From Mytilus trossulus (taxonomy: Eukaryota), in NCBI RefSeq assembly GCF_036588685.1, contig NC_086377.1, positions 34,162,001-34,226,000 on the forward strand: 64,000 bases of DNA. The letters run 5' to 3'. Both the position numbers and the translations under genes were made by a program. The notes below the pieces were generated by a model. It ran no database searches and was not told the origin of the DNA. It saw only the letters and a list, made by a program, of their open reading frames with translations. Numbering within the stretch: the stretch's first letter is position 1; every line of letters begins with the position of its first letter. Below are positions 59,046 to 64,000 of the stretch, one piece after another.

Positions 59046-59978
59046 ACAAACATATCAAATGATTTGTATTTTAATGTCATGCTATACGCGTCGTTTTCAA
59101 ATGTATCTTCTAAAACAAATTTATTCATTGGAATACCATTTTCAAGAAATCTTAACAAATTTATGATAAATTAAATGAATTGTTTATTTTAATTTCAACA
59201 TACACCTGAACAGATAACGGAATAGAACACATTCTATGAATTCATGTGAATGTTTTCCCAAAATTTAAATATCTACAAAACGTTTATTTTTAGTTATGTA
59301 ATGCAGTTGTTGTTGCAATTTTAAGAAATGATTTAATGAAAAAAAATGATCTTCTAGGGAATATGTTTTTAAATTTTATAACATACAAGCTTATATTCAT
59401 TATGATGATTAGAAACCTGTTTCATTTGTTGTCTTTGTTTAATATCTTTTTTTTTCATAAAATTTCACAATTATCTTTTCCTTGAAAGGTGTACATGTAC
59501 TGGAAAGTAATCAAATCTGAAAAAGACACTGCTTATAGTTTCGTTCAAATCCGTTGAATCGTAATGTTTTATTAAACAATATTATATCTTTAGAGTACCA
59601 TTGTTTATATTGCCTGTAGATTTTTAAAAATTCTTTCCTATTTAATCAGACATTTTTAAACAACTTTATAAAATCATCAATATACTCGAATATACGTGAC
59701 CTGAACGGAATATATTATTATTTTTCATTGATTTATCTTTTTTTACAAGTTGAATAGGTCTATTGTTCTTGTCGTGGTTTAAATACACTGCTTCGAATTA
59801 TCGAGGCATGTTTATCATTATAAAAATAATATCTAGTATTACTATCGATAAAAATGTAATATTGTTTACAATAATAGTGCGGTATTTAACCCTTCTTGTC
59901 TCCTATCTTTCTACATTGAGTTTGACTGTCCTTCTGGTATCTTTCGTCCCTCTTTTCTAAAAAGTATCCATTTTTAAT

Positions 59979-60973
59979 GCACGCATTCAAGTCACAAAAG
60001 AAACTAAGAACTTGGATGTTGTTATTGAATTGTCCGTTTCTATATATGTTGGCGTTTGTTTGTGATGCAGTTCTGTGTTTTCCTCTCATAGTTGATGATG
60101 TTCCTCTGTTTTCGATTGTGACCCGTCACCAATTTATGACGATTGAACAGCGGTATACTATTGTGAAACGAATTTTGTTAATTCATTGTGATACGAATTT
60201 CGTTAATTTACAACCCTAACACCATTTTTTTTTACAAATATGTACTGAACCTGTAAATTTTACCTATGAATAGTTTACAATTGGCATGGACCGATAACCA
60301 ATTTATTATTTTAACACATGTAAATAATAAACATAATTTGGTTTAATCTGACCTCGACCTGTAAAAAATGTAGTGAATGCAATAGACGATTTATTACCTA
60401 TACTAAACACTATCGTACAAATATCCGGATGTGTTTACTTCAAATTTGTGTGCGTAAGACGAACTTATGATGTTGATAGACTGGTACCTTTATCAGACGC
60501 ATTCCAGTACATACATGTAAAATAAAATGTTAACACCAATTGTAAGGCTTTAGACCAAAGGCTTGATATAGGTTGTGGGCTGATATCACGGCCAATATGG
60601 ACAATGACATGTAACAAATCTTTTTATCACATACTTTCATGATTGAGAAAAAAGACAGCAAATATTAAATTATGTTAAATATTTTCAACACAAAATCCAA
60701 AAAAAAACGTTTAAAAAAATGCATCACAGTAAATTAACGAAATTCGTATCACAGTGAGTTAACGAAATTCGTTTCACAATAGTATACCGCTGTTCAATAG
60801 TCATAAATCGATGACGGAAAACAAATACGGGTCACAATCGAAAACAGAGGAAAATCATCAACTATGAGAAGAAAACACAGAACTGCATCACAAACAAGCG
60901 CCAACATATATAGAAACGGACAATTCGATAACAACATCCAAGTCTTGGTTTCTTTTATGACCTAAATGCGTGC
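59979..60973. repeat. Inverted duplication, ~235-bp arms (59979-60212 / 60728-60973)
   Basis: Arms are reverse complements over their length (e.g. gaacagcggtatactattgtgaaacgaattt / aaattcgtttcacaatagtataccgctgttc). Confidence 0.8.
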
Positions 60974-62949
60974 GCTGCATTTGTAGAAACAATCGTTAGG
61001 GTTTCCTATGTAACTTTATTGTATTTTTGGTGGTATTGTGCAATGTTTTCGTTTTAACCTTGATGATATGTCTACTTGTTACCTAGTTGTAGATCTAGAT
61101 TTATCATAAATTCACCCTACCTTTAAATTATATAAATAAACTGTTTATTGTTGTAATTGAACGCTATAATCGTTTTTATTTTCCACACATTTGAATATTT
61201 AACATAATTTGGTTTAATATGACCTCAATCTGAAACAAATTGAAGCGTTGCGAGGATTGCGATATACGATTTATTTACTTCACTGAGCATTGTCTAACAT
61301 ATAAACGAGGTGTGAAGAAAAACTGACGATGTAAATAGCGATATTTGTATCAAGTCATTCTACTGCGAGTAATAATACAATAAATATAAAAAAAAGGTAA
61401 TTAAGTATTGCTTTATTGTAGTTTCACTTTCGAAACTCGTTCCATTGTTTCATTGTAACCTATATTATTGATCATTATTGTAGACGACACCATAGGTATG
61501 GATACCTCCGGGTGCTGGAATTTCTCGCTATATTGAAGACCTGTTGGTGACCTTCTGCTGTTGTTTTTTTCTTTGGTCGGGTTGTTGTCTCTTTGACACA
61601 TTCCCCATTTCCATTCTCAATTTTATGATCCACTTTAGAAAGTATATGTATGTATTGACATTGATGATACAAATACGGCTGTTATCAGATTTTCCTTATG
61701 TTGCTAGCGCTTCAAATCATTTACTCGTTTAATATAATATCTCATATTCTCCAGTTTTAGACAATATTTTATGGATTCTGTTTATTTGCTTTAAAGAATA
61801 TTGCTTGAAGGTGTTTTTAGCGATCGTAGACCCTTAAGTGCAGATTGAGTATTCTACGGTTCCATGGTCTTTTGTTATCATTTTTGGAATCACCGCTACT
61901 AACTTGCATTCAATTACATTTATTGATTTTGAACTACATGTACTGAAATATTTCGTTTCCAAAACTTTAAACCAGAATGAAAAAAATGAAATAGCACAAC
62001 AACTATACAACAATAAATATATGACTTTTTGTAATAAAAAAACACTTCAAAAGAACAAAAACCTCGATCAATACAGTATCTTCAAAACCTAATTTGGAAC
62101 AGGGACACTCCCCCTCTCCAGCTTTTCCAACCCCTTTTGTCTAGCTTGTCTTGAACATATCTTTTGCAACAAAATTATATAATTTGTTAGGTGTTTATTT
62201 GAAATATCATCTCTATTGTTTTCTCTTTATATCGTATTTCTCTGGATATTATAACAACTGTTACATTAGGTATACAGTAACAGTTTTTCGAATCAGCAGA
62301 CCGCATTGGTATAATAACACTTTATAATCCTTATGCAATGAGTTAATAGTTTACCTGTAAACTTGGTATATAGAGATATTTCAAAGTGAAAATTCGCGAT
62401 TTTTTACTTATTTTATTTTGTTCCTAATACCATGAAAAAGACATATTCCTAAAGTTCTATCTTGTTATGCGCACTAATAAAGAAAAAAAACTTGGAATTA
62501 TTAATTCAAAATAGTTGAACCTCCTGACTTTGGTGACGTATTTTAAATCTTTTGGCATGCTGGCAGTAAATTAATCTCATGTTAAGCCTGATAATCACCC
62601 AATAACGCGATTTAAAGCGCATCGACGACTTTTGGAGTAGCTATTAACCAAATATTAATTCCAAAAGAAAATTGATCAGCCGTGCAACTTATTAAATCAA
62701 AATGTACGATTTATATTTTATTATATTTTTTGACTATAGTAATAACAGTAAATCATTGCCTCTGTCTAGTGTTGTGTAAATACAATACATGTGTATTAAA
62801 CTGACACCATCTTTAAAAGTCGTGGTTAAATTCATGTCATTTCGATTTTTACTAGAGTGTTTGGCCTCAAGGATTCACGGATGCAGATATAAAAAAAAAA
62901 CATGACGTAAAAATGAGGAAAAAAACAGAAGTGTCCATCTCTGATAACA

Positions 62950-63240
62950 AAAAGAGGGACTAAAAGATACAAGAGTAGCGGTCAAACCAATAAATCGAAA
63001 ATCACCTGACAACGTCATTGCTAAATATGAAAATAAAGACAAACAGACAAAAAATAGTATAGAAGAGCAACAGAGAAAACTAAAGACTCAGCTACATGAG
63101 CCCCATTAAAAAAATTGGTGATCTTAAGTGCTCCGGTAGAGTGAACAGGTCCTGCTCCACATGTGGCATACATCGTTTTGCTTATATTATAACTACACCT
63201 GCAAATAGTCTAAATCGCCAGTTCTCATACATGACCAAGG
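62950..63240 (-). mobile_element. 3' fragment of the 28988-29575 family
   Basis: aaaagagggac.aaagatac...gtcaaac...ctgacaacg homology. Confidence 0.6.
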
Positions 63241-64000
63241 GAAGGATATTGTAGTAATCCGATAATACATGTGAAACGGTTATTCTATGTGTACTATTAC
63301 TGATCAAAAGACAAAAATGTCAATGTTTTCTCATTTGTTCTAAATGAGTTCAAAAGATGAGTATGTTTCTCTATTCAAAGTAATGTTTTATTAGCTATTA
63401 TATAATATATGAAAAGTCATGCATTATTTAACAAAAATGCACGTGGATATCCACAAATTTTCCCGTGCAATGCCAAAAAATGACTAACTTGTTTTAGATT
63501 AACTTCTCAAAATACTATAAGGTCAACAGTGAACGGGAGAACCTTTTCGCTCTCCTTTTCCTGTGATATTACCTGAAAAACTCAAAACCTAATATATGTG
63601 GTAACTTGAACCCAACCTAAGTGTGGTATTCAATATGTGGGACAGACGGGACGAGAGTATTTCAGAAGAAATCAAGAACATCTGTACCGCTTTCGTAGAC
63701 CCAAAAAATTCAAAAGTTTGGTATATCAGCATTTAGATAAGCATAATCATAATCTGAAATATATAAAATTCCAACCGCTCGAAACCGTTCAAAAACAACC
63801 AGGAGAATCACACAAGCAATTTGAAAAATCACGCGAAGTTCGCGAATTGTTTTGGATAAAAAGACTTCAAACAGCTTATCCTCTCGGTCTAAATGATAAA
63901 ATATTAGGGCAGGGGAACATATCTAAAACTCACATCGATGTCATTAATATTGTTGATAAACGACTTAGAAATAATAGGTCTCATGGTAAACGCAAGAACC

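Overview
AT-rich eukaryotic DNA. The repeat families look like those of a bivalve such as Mytilus; this is an inference from recognition, not a search. The window holds three tandem, same-strand (+) cathepsin L-like (papain family C1A) genes at ~486-10901, ~17540-28615 and 33810-57323. Each has 8 visible coding exons with identical phases, GT-AG introns and intact catalytic Gln/Cys/His/Asn. The main anomaly is in gene 3. The last 65 bp of the catalytic-His/Asn exon plus the first 25 bp of the next intron are amplified into a 154-copy, 13.9-kb, 90-bp satellite (42873-56733). It shows higher-order structure and places ~150 near-identical 5' splice sites in one intron. Introns and spacers carry degenerate Penelope-like retroelements and their 3' fragments, three copies of a small element with a minimal type I hammerhead ribozyme (retrozyme-like), several MITEs, fold-back elements, a tRNA-like repeat and small tandem or inverted duplications.
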